From the NCBI GenBank assembly GCA_023415475.1, contig JAEZKL010000130.1:27529-91528 (forward strand): a DNA stretch of 64,000 nt, in the 5' to 3' direction. The stretch comes from Bacillota bacterium (GTDB lineage Bacteria; Bacillota; Clostridia; Lachnospirales; Lachnospiraceae). The translations under genes were made by a program, and so were the position numbers. A model generated the notes under the pieces. The model ran no database searches. It saw nothing but the letters and a program-made list of their open reading frames with translations, and was not told the DNA's origin. Positions 18,172 to 26,669 of the stretch are shown here, piece by piece (position 1 is the stretch's first letter; the number at the start of each line of letters is the position of its first letter).

Positions 18172-19557
18172 ATGGATACAAAAGAGTTACTGCCCTTCCA
18201 TCTGTTTCAATATAACGGTGAGCGTTATATGATCAATGTTGAAAAAATGCAGGCTGATACCATGGATCAACACTCCTATTCATATCTGGAGAAATTAGCA
18301 ATTGACGGCTACATGGCAGAATTACCACCGGATATGCAGTCAAAGCTAGAACACTATGGACTTCTCCCGACAGAAGGTACTAAAAGTAGACAGGTCCTCT
18401 CACCAAAGCATACACCTATCACTTATATGTCCCTTCTCGTTACCCAAGACTGTAATCTACGCTGCATCTATTGTTATGAGGATAAGACCAAGGCCAGAAT
18501 GGATGAGAAAACCGCCTTTCGGGCGGTGGACTGGTTAATCAGAAAATCGGAGAATATGCGGTCGATTCATATTGTTTTTTTTGGCGGTGAGCCTTTACTA
18601 AATTTTCCGTTAATGAAGGCAGTAGTTGAATATGCCAATGAAGCAGCGCACAAAGCCGGCAAACAGGCCACTTATTCCATTACAACCAATGGAACGCTAT
18701 TGGATGATGAGAAAAATCAGTTTTTTCTGAAGCACCAAATCAAAGTGATGATCAGCTTTGACGGACGAAAGGAGCTTCAGGATGTACAACGGCCATTTGC
18801 CTCGGGCTCAGGCTCCTATGACCTAATCTTGCCCAAAATTCATGATCTGCTGAAGCTTATGCCCCAGACTTCATGTCATGCAGTTGTCATGGGAAACACT
18901 TCTCCTGAGAAGGTAAAGGATGCATTGCAGGAGCTTGGTTTTCAACAGGTATCCGTAGCAATGAATTCCCAATCTCTGTTTACTCTCGACAGTCAGAAGG
19001 ATAAAGCATCGGACCGTGATATCCGGAGCATGATAAGCGCTCTGGAAGAGGAAGCGATAGTTTGGTACAATCGGATCATAGCTCGGGATACCGTTTCTAT
19101 AAATAAATTGACCGGAAGGAGCTATCTGTACCTGGCTCTGCGTTGCCTTTTAAATCATTCAATGAGAATATTTTTCTGCGGTGCCGGGAGGAGTATGGCC
19201 GCTGTTGCCCCCTCTGGGGATATCTATTTATGCCATCGCTTTGTCGGGCTGGATGATTACCGTATCGGTAGCATCGATGAGCATGATCTTAACCTAGAGA
19301 GCTTTAGTCAAAGCCCGGTTGAGGCAAATGCTATCTGTAACCGCTGTTTTGCCCGTTACTACTGCGGTGGTGGCTGTAAGCATGATCATGTCTCCTCTCG
19401 TGGCTACATCGATCAACCCGAAGAAGGAATGTGTCAGCTAAAACAGAGGGAACTTGAGCTGGCTGCCACAGTAGTCAGCAGGTTATCTCACGAGGACCGT
19501 AACTGGCTAGTCAAAGAGAAAATCTTTCCACCTAAGCCCTGCCCCCTGGATTTCTGA
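18172..19557 (+). CDS. Radical SAM/SPASM-domain peptide maturase (resembling the SCIFF maturase CteB and anSME)
   Basis: 461 aa. An N-terminal region of about 85 aa (FHLFQYNGERYMINVEKM...) resembles a peptide-recognition region. The CxxxCxxC motif lies in LVTQDCNLRCIYCY. The SPASM region contains CGAGRSMAAVAPSGDIYLCH and CNRCFARYYCGGGCKH. RBS: AAGAGGA. Confidence 0.9.
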   Translation: MDTKELLPFHLFQYNGERYMINVEKMQADTMDQHSYSYLEKLAIDGYMAELPPDMQSKLEHYGLLPTEGTKSRQVLSPKHTPITYMSLLVTQDCNLRCIYCYEDKTKARMDEKTAFRAVDWLIRKSENMRSIHIVFFGGEPLLNFPLMKAVVEYANEAAHKAGKQATYSITTNGTLLDDEKNQFFLKHQIKVMISFDGRKELQDVQRPFASGSGSYDLILPKIHDLLKLMPQTSCHAVVMGNTSPEKVKDALQELGFQQVSVAMNSQSLFTLDSQKDKASDRDIRSMISALEEEAIVWYNRIIARDTVSINKLTGRSYLYLALRCLLNHSMRIFFCGAGRSMAAVAPSGDIYLCHRFVGLDDYRIGSIDEHDLNLESFSQSPVEANAICNRCFARYYCGGGCKHDHVSSRGYIDQPEEGMCQLKQRELELAATVVSRLSHEDRNWLVKEKIFPPKPCPLDF

Positions 19558-19597
19558 TAGAAGGGAAGCTGGAACAGAGCATCAACATTAACATAAG

Positions 19598-19643
19598 AAA
19601 AGGCTGCCACTCAATAGATTATCTGCTAAGTGGCAGCCTTTTC
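19598..19643. terminator. Bidirectional rho-independent terminator between the maturase and precursor genes
   Basis: The sequence is AAAAGGCUGCCACU, a 17-nt loop, then AGUGGCAGCCUUUU, with A/U tracts on both sides. Confidence 0.7.
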
Positions 19644-19676
19644 TTACATATCACTGACTAAAGAGAATATATCTGA

Positions 19677-19916
19677 TTACAAGTCAATCAGGCATCTAAC
19701 CGGAATTTCAATGATGCAGCCACCGGCAACAGCATCCAATTCCTTTTCATTCAACTCTGATCCGACTTCCTCAATCTCTTCCTTTGTAAAGGTATAGCCT
19801 GCCTGTACGACAAAATCCCTGCGAGCTGCCTTGTCCTCGAAGCTGTTCACCTTTTTGGCAAATGCCTCGTCAGTCTTAATTCTTTCCAGATACGCTTTTG
19901 CTAAATCAATACTCAT
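19677..19916 (-). CDS. Nif11-like leader RiPP precursor peptide
   Basis: 79 aa. The Nif11-type N-terminal domain is MSIDLAKAYLERIKTDEAFAKKVNSF...AGYTFTKEEIEEV. The double-glycine site is NEKELDAVAGG, followed by the core CIIEIPVRCLIDL. RBS: AAGGAGG. Confidence 0.85.
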   Translation of the reverse strand: MSIDLAKAYLERIKTDEAFAKKVNSFEDKAARRDFVVQAGYTFTKEEIEEVGSELNEKELDAVAGGCIIEIPVRCLIDL

Positions 19917-20004
19917 GGGTGATCCTCCTTATAATAATTAATTTTGTGCATCTATGATACACTTAAATGTTTACGATGCTTAATACGTAACTGCTCCCTA
20001 TGTA

Positions 20005-20403
20005 TTACATATTAATTTCATTTTTTCGAAACATGCAATCCGAAGTACAGCTTTGAAACGGGCAATTCGAATATAATCCGCAAGAAGCCTTCCACCCTAT
20101 CTCCGGTGAACCGGCTGACGCCATGGATAGTTCCTCATCCAAAAGCTCATCCTCATCCTTTAAAAGGTAATCCGTCGATAATCCTTTGTCTTTCTTACCC
20201 TGTGACAATATGATACTGATAAGCTGGCTTCTTAAGTGGTCCCTGACCTTGCTCCTTATACTAAAATCAACTTCAATCAACTTCTTTGCTGTGATTAGTA
20301 GCTCTCCGATTTCATCATCACGGATGATCCCGGGCACTTGATCTCCTGCCAGGATTTTGTCAAGATACTCGAGATACCACTCTGCTTTGGTTTTCTCAGT
20401 CAT
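20005..20403 (-). CDS. Soluble anti-sigma-like protein with a Cys-rich C-terminal tail (possible second RiPP substrate)
   Basis: 132 aa. It overlaps the sigma gene by 8 nt. The N-terminus (YLEYLDKILAGDQVP...DDEIGELLITAKKLIEVDFS) resembles anti-sigma N-terminal regions found next to Firmicute ECF sigma genes. No TM helix is present. The C-terminus is LLDEELSMASAG followed by SPEIGWKASCGLYSNCPFQSCTSDCMFRKNEINM. Confidence 0.6.
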   Translation of the reverse strand: MTEKTKAEWYLEYLDKILAGDQVPGIIRDDEIGELLITAKKLIEVDFSIRSKVRDHLRSQLISIILSQGKKDKGLSTDYLLKDEDELLDEELSMASAGSPEIGWKASCGLYSNCPFQSCTSDCMFRKNEINM

Positions 20404-20971
20404 CCATATTTACCCCCTGATGCTCCATAAAATTCCGCATGCGCCGCATAGTCCTAAACAGGATAACTCCGATATTATTTTCGCTTAAGCCGGTAACTTT
20501 CGCTATTTCACGATTGGTCATGCCGCTCCAGAATTTTAAGGCGATGAGATCTCTTTCCCTATCGGTTAAAAACGTCAATGCCCTTTTCAACTGCTGCCTG
20601 ACCTCATTATATTCAGCTATGTCTACCGGGCTTAAACCGGGAGCCACAATATCTTCTATCGTCTCCAGAGGAGTATGGATATTGCGTTCCCGCCTGCGGT
20701 AATAATCGGTTACCGCATTACGGGCGATGCTGAAAACCCACGCAAAAAGCGGTGCTTTATCCGCAGAATAAAAACTGCGCTTCTCAAAAAGCTTATAAAA
20801 AATCATACTGGTTAAATCGTCCGCATCACTATAATTACTAACCCGATAGCAAACATAGTTGTAGATCCTCGGAAAATATTCATTATAAAATTCAGTAAAA
20901 TCAAAATCAGATTTATATGTAGTGTCAGTAAACGTCTGCTCTTGCAACTGTATCGGCATGATTATCCCCAC
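20396..20971 (-). CDS. ECF-type sigma-70 family RNA polymerase sigma factor
   Basis: 191 aa (GTG at 20971 or ATG at 20959). Region 2 reads YFPRIYNYVCYRV...DDLTSMIFYKLF. Region 4 reads LTDRERDLIALKFWSGMTNREIAKVTGLSENNIGVILFRTMRRMR. Confidence 0.85.
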   Translation of the reverse strand: MGIIMPIQLQEQTFTDTTYKSDFDFTEFYNEYFPRIYNYVCYRVSNYSDADDLTSMIFYKLFEKRSFYSADKAPLFAWVFSIARNAVTDYYRRRERNIHTPLETIEDIVAPGLSPVDIAEYNEVRQQLKRALTFLTDRERDLIALKFWSGMTNREIAKVTGLSENNIGVILFRTMRRMRNFMEHQGVNMDD

Positions 20972-21133
20972 TTCCCCCTGACAGCACCACCTGCACTTCC
21001 CCTTATCGGGAGCACTATGGCAGAGAAACTGCTGTCGATTCGGTATAGCACTTAATAAATTGACATTTTTCTTACTGTTATGATTAATTCTAGCATCATA
21101 ACAAATGTTTCAACAATGTACGCAGGGACAGTT

Positions 21134-21179
21134 TAAAAAAAATAAAAGTACAGTCTTTTTAATAAAAGACTGTACTTTT
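21134..21179 (-). terminator. Rho-independent terminator after the response regulator gene
   Basis: The minus strand reads AAAAGUACAGUCUUUU, loop, AAAAGACUGUACUUUU, followed by AUUUUUUUU. Confidence 0.7.
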
Positions 21180-21230
21180 AGACAGTTTACATTAGCCTAT
21201 TGAATACTCTTAGCGGTAGCTCAATAAGCA

Positions 21231-21929
21231 CTATTCATTACGTATTAACCCTTTCTGGGCAGCATACAAAATCGCTTGTGATTTATTCTCCAGATGCAAC
21301 ATATCCAGTAATCTGCTTATGTGGTACTTAATCGTGCGCTCGCTAAGCCCCAATCTTTCACCGACTTCTTTATAGGTTGCACCTTGTGCAATCAGCTCCA
21401 ATACCTCAATCTGCCGCTCGGTTAGTTCAGACTTCTCTGTTTTACACTTGTTCTGTGTTAAGCAATCGTTTATTCCTTTGCCTCGTTTGAATTCCATTAC
21501 CAATTTGGTGGCCAAACCCTGAGACAACGGCATTTCACCCTTCTCAACGGACTCTAGATATTCCACCAGCTTTTTCGCATCGGTATCCTTAAGCAGATAA
21601 CCGGAAGCACCATATTTGATTGCATTGAATAAATCCTCATCGTCATCCGAGGTGGTAAGCATAACCAGTTTAATCTCCGGAAGCTCTTCATGAATCCGTT
21701 TTACCGCTTCCAGACCGTTACAGCCCGGCATTTTGATATCCATTAGTATAATATCCGGCTTTAACTTATGAGCCATTACGGCTGCTTCATTACCATTCCT
21801 AGCCCTTCCTACTACTTCAACACCGAAGGTTTCTAATAAATACTGAAGACCCTCTAAAAACAAAGAGTGATCATCCACCAGCATTACTTTCATATTCATT
21901 CGTATCATCTTCCCCCTTCCTGGGCACAT
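21231..21929 (-). CDS. LuxR/NarL-family response regulator
   Basis: The receiver domain has MKVMLVDDHS...ILMDIKMPGCNG. The C-terminal HTH has LTERQIEVLELIAQGATYKEVGERLGLSERTIKYHISRL. The true start is probably ATG near 21893-21908, because the ORF overlaps the kinase 3' end. Confidence 0.9.
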   Translation of the reverse strand: MCPGRGKMIRMNMKVMLVDDHSLFLEGLQYLLETFGVEVVGRARNGNEAAVMAHKLKPDIILMDIKMPGCNGLEAVKRIHEELPEIKLVMLTTSDDDEDLFNAIKYGASGYLLKDTDAKKLVEYLESVEKGEMPLSQGLATKLVMEFKRGKGINDCLTQNKCKTEKSELTERQIEVLELIAQGATYKEVGERLGLSERTIKYHISRLLDMLHLENKSQAILYAAQKGLIRNE

Positions 21930-23610
21930 ATAACGTAACCTTGCTCCCCTTATCCGGTACGGATTCGATTGTAATATATCCGCCGATTAATGCTGCCCTC
22001 TCCTTCATAATATCCAAGCCGAATTTGTTCTTTACCGAGTCATCTTTATGAACTGCATGGAAACCCTTGCCGTCGTCAGCAATCGAGACGGTCATCTGCT
22101 TATCCTCTACTTGAAATGAGATGATAACCTCATGTGCCTGTGCATGTTTTCTGATGTTATTCATAGCCTCACGTATTATATTTTGAATGTTTACCTTAAC
22201 GGACATATTAAATTCTTTCTCTATTGAATCCTCCAAAATATCCAGCTTTACCTTCAAGCCAGTCTGCTGCTCAAAATTCATAATATCATTTTTTAAGGAG
22301 GTGATAAAATCTCTCTCCGTGATCACCGATGTTCTGACACTGGAGATATACTCTCTTATCTCTGCATGCATATTCTGTGTGACCTTAATTAATCGATCCA
22401 GTTTATCATACACAAGATCGATTCCCTCATTTACCAGCTCCTGACGGATCGCCTGGGCTTGCAAATTAATAAATCCCAGCACCTGTCCCAGATTGTCATG
22501 CAAATCTCTGCTTATTCTTTCTCTTTCATCAATGACTGCCAATTGCCATTGCTGCTTTAGAAACTCCTGTTGCGCCTGCTTTTTCTCTGTTATATCATGA
22601 AGTACTGCCAGACGACCTATGTAATAATCCTTTTTATCATATAGAGGAATAAGTAATATTTCAAAAACTCTTGTCTCTTTCTCCCCTGTTATGGAAAAAT
22701 CGGTATGAGAGGCTCTTCCATCTTTTATGATACGGACTAACTCCGGTATTGCCATACATACCTCATCAATTGACAATAGATAATATTTTTGTACCGAGAT
22801 ACCTATAATTCTTTTGAATGCCGGATTCATATCCAGTATCCTGTCCCGTATATCCAATACCATAACTCCTGCATCCATGGCTTCAATTATGGCTGTCCGT
22901 GCCAAAGGAACCAGTTCAAACATCCTGTTGTGGAAGATAGACCACAGCATCATAACACCTGCCGGACCGAAAAACAAAGGCGTGATATCATACTGTAATG
23001 GACTGATTCCGATAATGTAGATAAGGTTCGGAATTATGATAAAGCTTGTTCCAATGAGTAGATAGCTTGCTTGCTTTTTATAAACTGATCTCTTCGCTAA
23101 TGCTGTACGTAATAATACAGCAACAGCCCACAGGTTCAGACAGTGGGAATATGCTGCATGAATATAGAACCAACCTCCGTACTTTTTTGCTATCACATAA
23201 AACGCCCCGCTATACGCCAAATGGACATCATACCGAATCAGACCGTGCAACTGATTAGTCCAGACCAAAATAAGCGAAATGCAGGGCAAAACAAAGAGCC
23301 ATTTTAATTTATTCTTATGTTCTTTATAGCTGTGACCGGTCGCTTCCATGCAAAGGATAAGTAGGGAAACCGGGGAGAAGCAATATGCAATATACTGCAT
23401 ATTAGCCCAAAACAGCTTAACCGATAAATCTACAGCCGCCATTTCCAGAGCATTGGGAATAGACCAGAAGGTGACAATAAACATGCTTAGAGCAAAAAAC
23501 TCTACGCCTTGTGCTTTTCTACGTTTTATCTGCGCAAAGATACCCAACGATAAAGTGAGTAAGCCTGAAATCGACAAAGGCCATATGATCGGAATATATT
23601 GATAATTCAT
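21871..23610 (-). CDS. Sensor histidine kinase (N-terminal 7TM region, PAS, HisKA_3, HATPase)
   Basis: 579 aa. About seven N-terminal TM helices are followed by a PAS-like region, an H-box (RERISRDLHDNLGQ) and G-boxes (DDGKGF, GLDIMKERAALIGG). Confidence 0.85.
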   Translation of the reverse strand: MNYQYIPIIWPLSISGLLTLSLGIFAQIKRRKAQGVEFFALSMFIVTFWSIPNALEMAAVDLSVKLFWANMQYIAYCFSPVSLLILCMEATGHSYKEHKNKLKWLFVLPCISLILVWTNQLHGLIRYDVHLAYSGAFYVIAKKYGGWFYIHAAYSHCLNLWAVAVLLRTALAKRSVYKKQASYLLIGTSFIIIPNLIYIIGISPLQYDITPLFFGPAGVMMLWSIFHNRMFELVPLARTAIIEAMDAGVMVLDIRDRILDMNPAFKRIIGISVQKYYLLSIDEVCMAIPELVRIIKDGRASHTDFSITGEKETRVFEILLIPLYDKKDYYIGRLAVLHDITEKKQAQQEFLKQQWQLAVIDERERISRDLHDNLGQVLGFINLQAQAIRQELVNEGIDLVYDKLDRLIKVTQNMHAEIREYISSVRTSVITERDFITSLKNDIMNFEQQTGLKVKLDILEDSIEKEFNMSVKVNIQNIIREAMNNIRKHAQAHEVIISFQVEDKQMTVSIADDGKGFHAVHKDDSVKNKFGLDIMKERAALIGGYITIESVPDKGSKVTLYVPRKGEDDTNEYESNAGG

Positions 23611-23820
23611 ACGTTTCTCCTATATTTCAACGCTAATCTTATAATCTCATTCTCATCTTACCATATCATCCATATTGTGACAATCGTATTCCATCAATAA
23701 GGTTACTACCTTAGATCGTTCTGCATTTTCCTTCGAAATATTGAAGGATAGAAATAATAACGAATGGCATAGTATATCCGCTGAGGAAATCTACGGCATT
23801 CATCGGGCCGCTTCTTCCAT

Positions 23821-23853
23821 AAAAAGGGAGTGCCCCAAACATGCAGCACTCCC
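23821..23853 (-). terminator. Rho-independent terminator after the MCP gene
   Basis: The minus strand reads GGGAGUGC, loop, GCACUCCC, followed by UUUUUAU. Confidence 0.65.
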
Positions 23854-23919
23854 TGTCATTTCATGATAGTAAAGGTATTCCTACTTGCGCTCCTCATTGA
23901 TTAAATGTTCCTTTAAGAA

Positions 23920-25458
23920 CTAATTCACCCGAATCAACTTATTCATATCCTCGGCCATTCCCTGCAGCGTTTCTGCACTTCCTGCAAGCTCTTCGCTGGT
24001 CGCCAGATTTTGATGGATGGAATGAAAGACGGTATTAAAGCTGTCAATGGTGTTGTTCGTTGATTCTGTAAGCTTCGAATTCAAATCCACTGTATTCTGG
24101 GTCTCATGTAACATGGTTTCGATTAGGTGACTTATCTCATTAATATTCTTGCCTGATTCCTTGAGATCTGCTATCATATCGGTTACATTCACAACCGTAT
24201 CACGCAAGATATCATTACCATGAATAACCTTCAGAGTATTCACGCTCATCAGCTCCTTAACCTCATTTACCCTCTTTTTTAGGTCCTGAGTGATTGAGGC
24301 TACATCATTCAAGGATTTATTCGTATTATCCGCAAGCTTTCTGATCTCATCTGCCACCACGGCAAAGCCCTTTCCTCCTGCACCTGCTCTTGCAGCTTCA
24401 ATCGACGCATTTAGAGAAAGCAAATTCGTCTGGTCAGATATCTGACGTATGATTTCGAACATTGCATCTATCTGATCTGACTTCTCTTCCAAAACATAAG
24501 TTGCTTCTAAGGTATTCTCGATATCTCCTTTAATCTCGGTAATAATCGATAATGCTTCCATTAAGGCATTTTCGTTACGGTTTGAAAGATCCGTTAATTT
24601 TTCGGATTTGCATTCCGTATCCTTTACCTTACCCGCTATTGTCTGATTCGTATATAAGAGCTTCTGTAAGCTTCTATTATTATCATCAATATAATGTAGC
24701 ATCGTATCTGCTTCTTTGGAAGCCTCCTGACTAGTACTTGCAATCTCCTCAATCGAGACGCTTTCCTCCGTTGCTATCTCTGATAAGCTTTCGCTGGATA
24801 TCAGCAGGGACTGAGAATACTCCTCTACCTTATTAAATAATAGGATATTATTTTCATTATGTTGTTTCAGCTCATCCTCATTCAGTTCAATCGTTTTGAG
24901 AATTCTAGAGGAGAAGAAGGTTAATAGCGTGATTCCGAAGGATATTAAACTGATGACCACCACTCTTAAAATCAGCTCTCTAATCAAGTGATCGGATTCC
25001 GGAAGACTCTCCGGATTCAATACAAATATTATAACCTGCGATAGCAGTCCAAGTGCAACAAATGCTATATTCAATCTATTATCGAGAAATAATGCAGCAA
25101 GAATAATAAAATAGAACACACACGCCCATAGCTCCTTCGAGGGTATCATTAATCCCATATATAAATAATTAACATACGAAAAAGCTAATATGATAGTCTT
25201 TAGCGCTTTGAATGATCCCGTGATATGGTCGGTATCCCTGGTTGTCACATTGTACATGACCTTAAAGGTTATAAGCTCTATTACCATAATGATGGCCAAT
25301 GTAATCAGAGAGGACCATTGAATTTCCTCGAGTAAGCCTATCAGCTTTAAGAAAATAAATAAGGTTCCTGCTAAGCCTGCACTGATGGAATAGATAATTA
25401 GTACGAATTTTAAGGTATCAAATTGGTATTTTATAATAGTACTTCTTTCGTCTTTCAT
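23920..25458 (-). CDS. Methyl-accepting chemotaxis protein with a polytopic membrane N-terminus
   Basis: 512 aa. About six TM helices precede the conserved signalling hairpin [34 protein letters not shown]. Confidence 0.9.
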   Translation of the reverse strand: MKDERSTIIKYQFDTLKFVLIIYSISAGLAGTLFIFLKLIGLLEEIQWSSLITLAIIMVIELITFKVMYNVTTRDTDHITGSFKALKTIILAFSYVNYLYMGLMIPSKELWACVFYFIILAALFLDNRLNIAFVALGLLSQVIIFVLNPESLPESDHLIRELILRVVVISLISFGITLLTFFSSRILKTIELNEDELKQHNENNILLFNKVEEYSQSLLISSESLSEIATEESVSIEEIASTSQEASKEADTMLHYIDDNNRSLQKLLYTNQTIAGKVKDTECKSEKLTDLSNRNENALMEALSIITEIKGDIENTLEATYVLEEKSDQIDAMFEIIRQISDQTNLLSLNASIEAARAGAGGKGFAVVADEIRKLADNTNKSLNDVASITQDLKKRVNEVKELMSVNTLKVIHGNDILRDTVVNVTDMIADLKESGKNINEISHLIETMLHETQNTVDLNSKLTESTNNTIDSFNTVFHSIHQNLATSEELAGSAETLQGMAEDMNKLIRVN

Positions 25459-25482
25459 GTGGTCCTCCTCACATTGTATATT

Positions 25483-26487
25483 CTACCATTTATATAGTAA
25501 AGCAGTCATCGTGTAGCCTGATGCTACGGAACAGAATATACTAAGATCATCCTTCTCAAATTGCTCCTGACTCAGCCTGGCATCCAACGCCATGATAGGG
25601 CTTGTACAACCCGAATAGCCATATTGGTCCCCTATGTAGGTTGCTTTCTCCATTCCAACTCCCAGTCTGTCCATGGTCAACTCTAGATCCGTATAGGAGA
25701 ACTGCGACATAAAATAATGAGTGGTATCCTCCGGTGTATAATTGTAATCAGATAATAGCTTGGTAATAAGCTCCGACCAACGGTCTGACAAGAAACTGAA
25801 GTCAAAGGGTTTCCATAACATCTTCCGATCTTCATTGCTGACTTCACTGTCTGAGATTCTTGATATACCACAGGCCGGCATGGTAATGGACCAATAATAC
25901 TGATCGTCAGTGAACATCCTCGATCCGAGAAGACCTCTGCTCTCCTCCTCCACTTTTCTCTCCAGAATGATAGCGGCTGCTCCATCACCTGTACAGCCAT
26001 AAGCAACCATATCATCTTCTCTTGCCTGAGTACTGATTAGCAGGGCTCCAACGATTAGCACTTTATCAAACTTATCATCTGTTTTCAGGTATCTTGCAGC
26101 CGTATCCATCGCAGTCAGCATACCGATACAGTTGGCATTGATGTCAAATACTGCATGTGCATTGATTGCCTGAAGCTGATTCTTGATTAACAGTGCACAG
26201 CAGGGCGATAAGTATTCCGGAGTATCGGACACGGAGATTATCATATCAATATCCTCCGGCTTAAGTCCCGTATTACTGAGAGCCTGATTGGCAGCTTTGA
26301 CTGCCATGGATAAACTGGTTTCATCCTCATTGGCCAAGGTTCGCGTCTCCCTACCGAGCTTTTTGAACAACTGTGCCGCATGATCCTCAACCTGATACCT
26401 TCTAAAATGATCAATATAAAATTGGTTTTCCAATTTCCTTTGCGGATGATAGGATCCGACCCCTACAATGTGTACATTCTTATACAT
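25483..26487 (-). CDS. KAS III (FabH)-like thiolase-fold protein, probably non-condensing
   Basis: 334 aa. It shows the FabH-like layout and the active-site Cys context DINANCIGMLTAM. The region aligned to FabH HQAN reads MSQFS, and the region aligned to GNTSAAS reads GYSGCTS. Confidence 0.8.
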   Translation of the reverse strand: MYKNVHIVGVGSYHPQRKLENQFYIDHFRRYQVEDHAAQLFKKLGRETRTLANEDETSLSMAVKAANQALSNTGLKPEDIDMIISVSDTPEYLSPCCALLIKNQLQAINAHAVFDINANCIGMLTAMDTAARYLKTDDKFDKVLIVGALLISTQAREDDMVAYGCTGDGAAAIILERKVEEESRGLLGSRMFTDDQYYWSITMPACGISRISDSEVSNEDRKMLWKPFDFSFLSDRWSELITKLLSDYNYTPEDTTHYFMSQFSYTDLELTMDRLGVGMEKATYIGDQYGYSGCTSPIMALDARLSQEQFEKDDLSIFCSVASGYTMTALLYKW

Positions 26488-26542
26488 ATTTCCTCCTTAA
26501 TAAGTTCTCCAGAATAGAAGCTTGCCCTGGTTCTTACACCAG

Positions 26543-26635
26543 AGACATTTACTTAGCAGCCTGGCAGTCTTGGGATAATCATACCTGTAGATCCATAGCT
26601 TTGCGTCCTTACCTTTCGGTAAGTTTGCCTTGTCT
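26543..26635 (-). promoter_or_regulatory. c-di-GMP-I (GEMM-I) riboswitch aptamer in the leader of the KAS III-like/MCP operon
   Basis: The minus-strand RNA is AGACAAGGCAAACUUACCGAAAGGUAAGGACGCAAAGCUAUGGAUCU...GACUGCCAGGCUGCUAAGUAAAUGUCU. It has GCAAAC, a P1 hairpin with a GAAA tetraloop, the GGACGCAAAGC junction, a CCAGGCUGC 3' element, and a closing AGACA/UGUCU helix. Confidence 0.8.
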
Positions 26636-26669
26636 TAGGTAATATGTAATTTTATTGAAATTCATTAAA

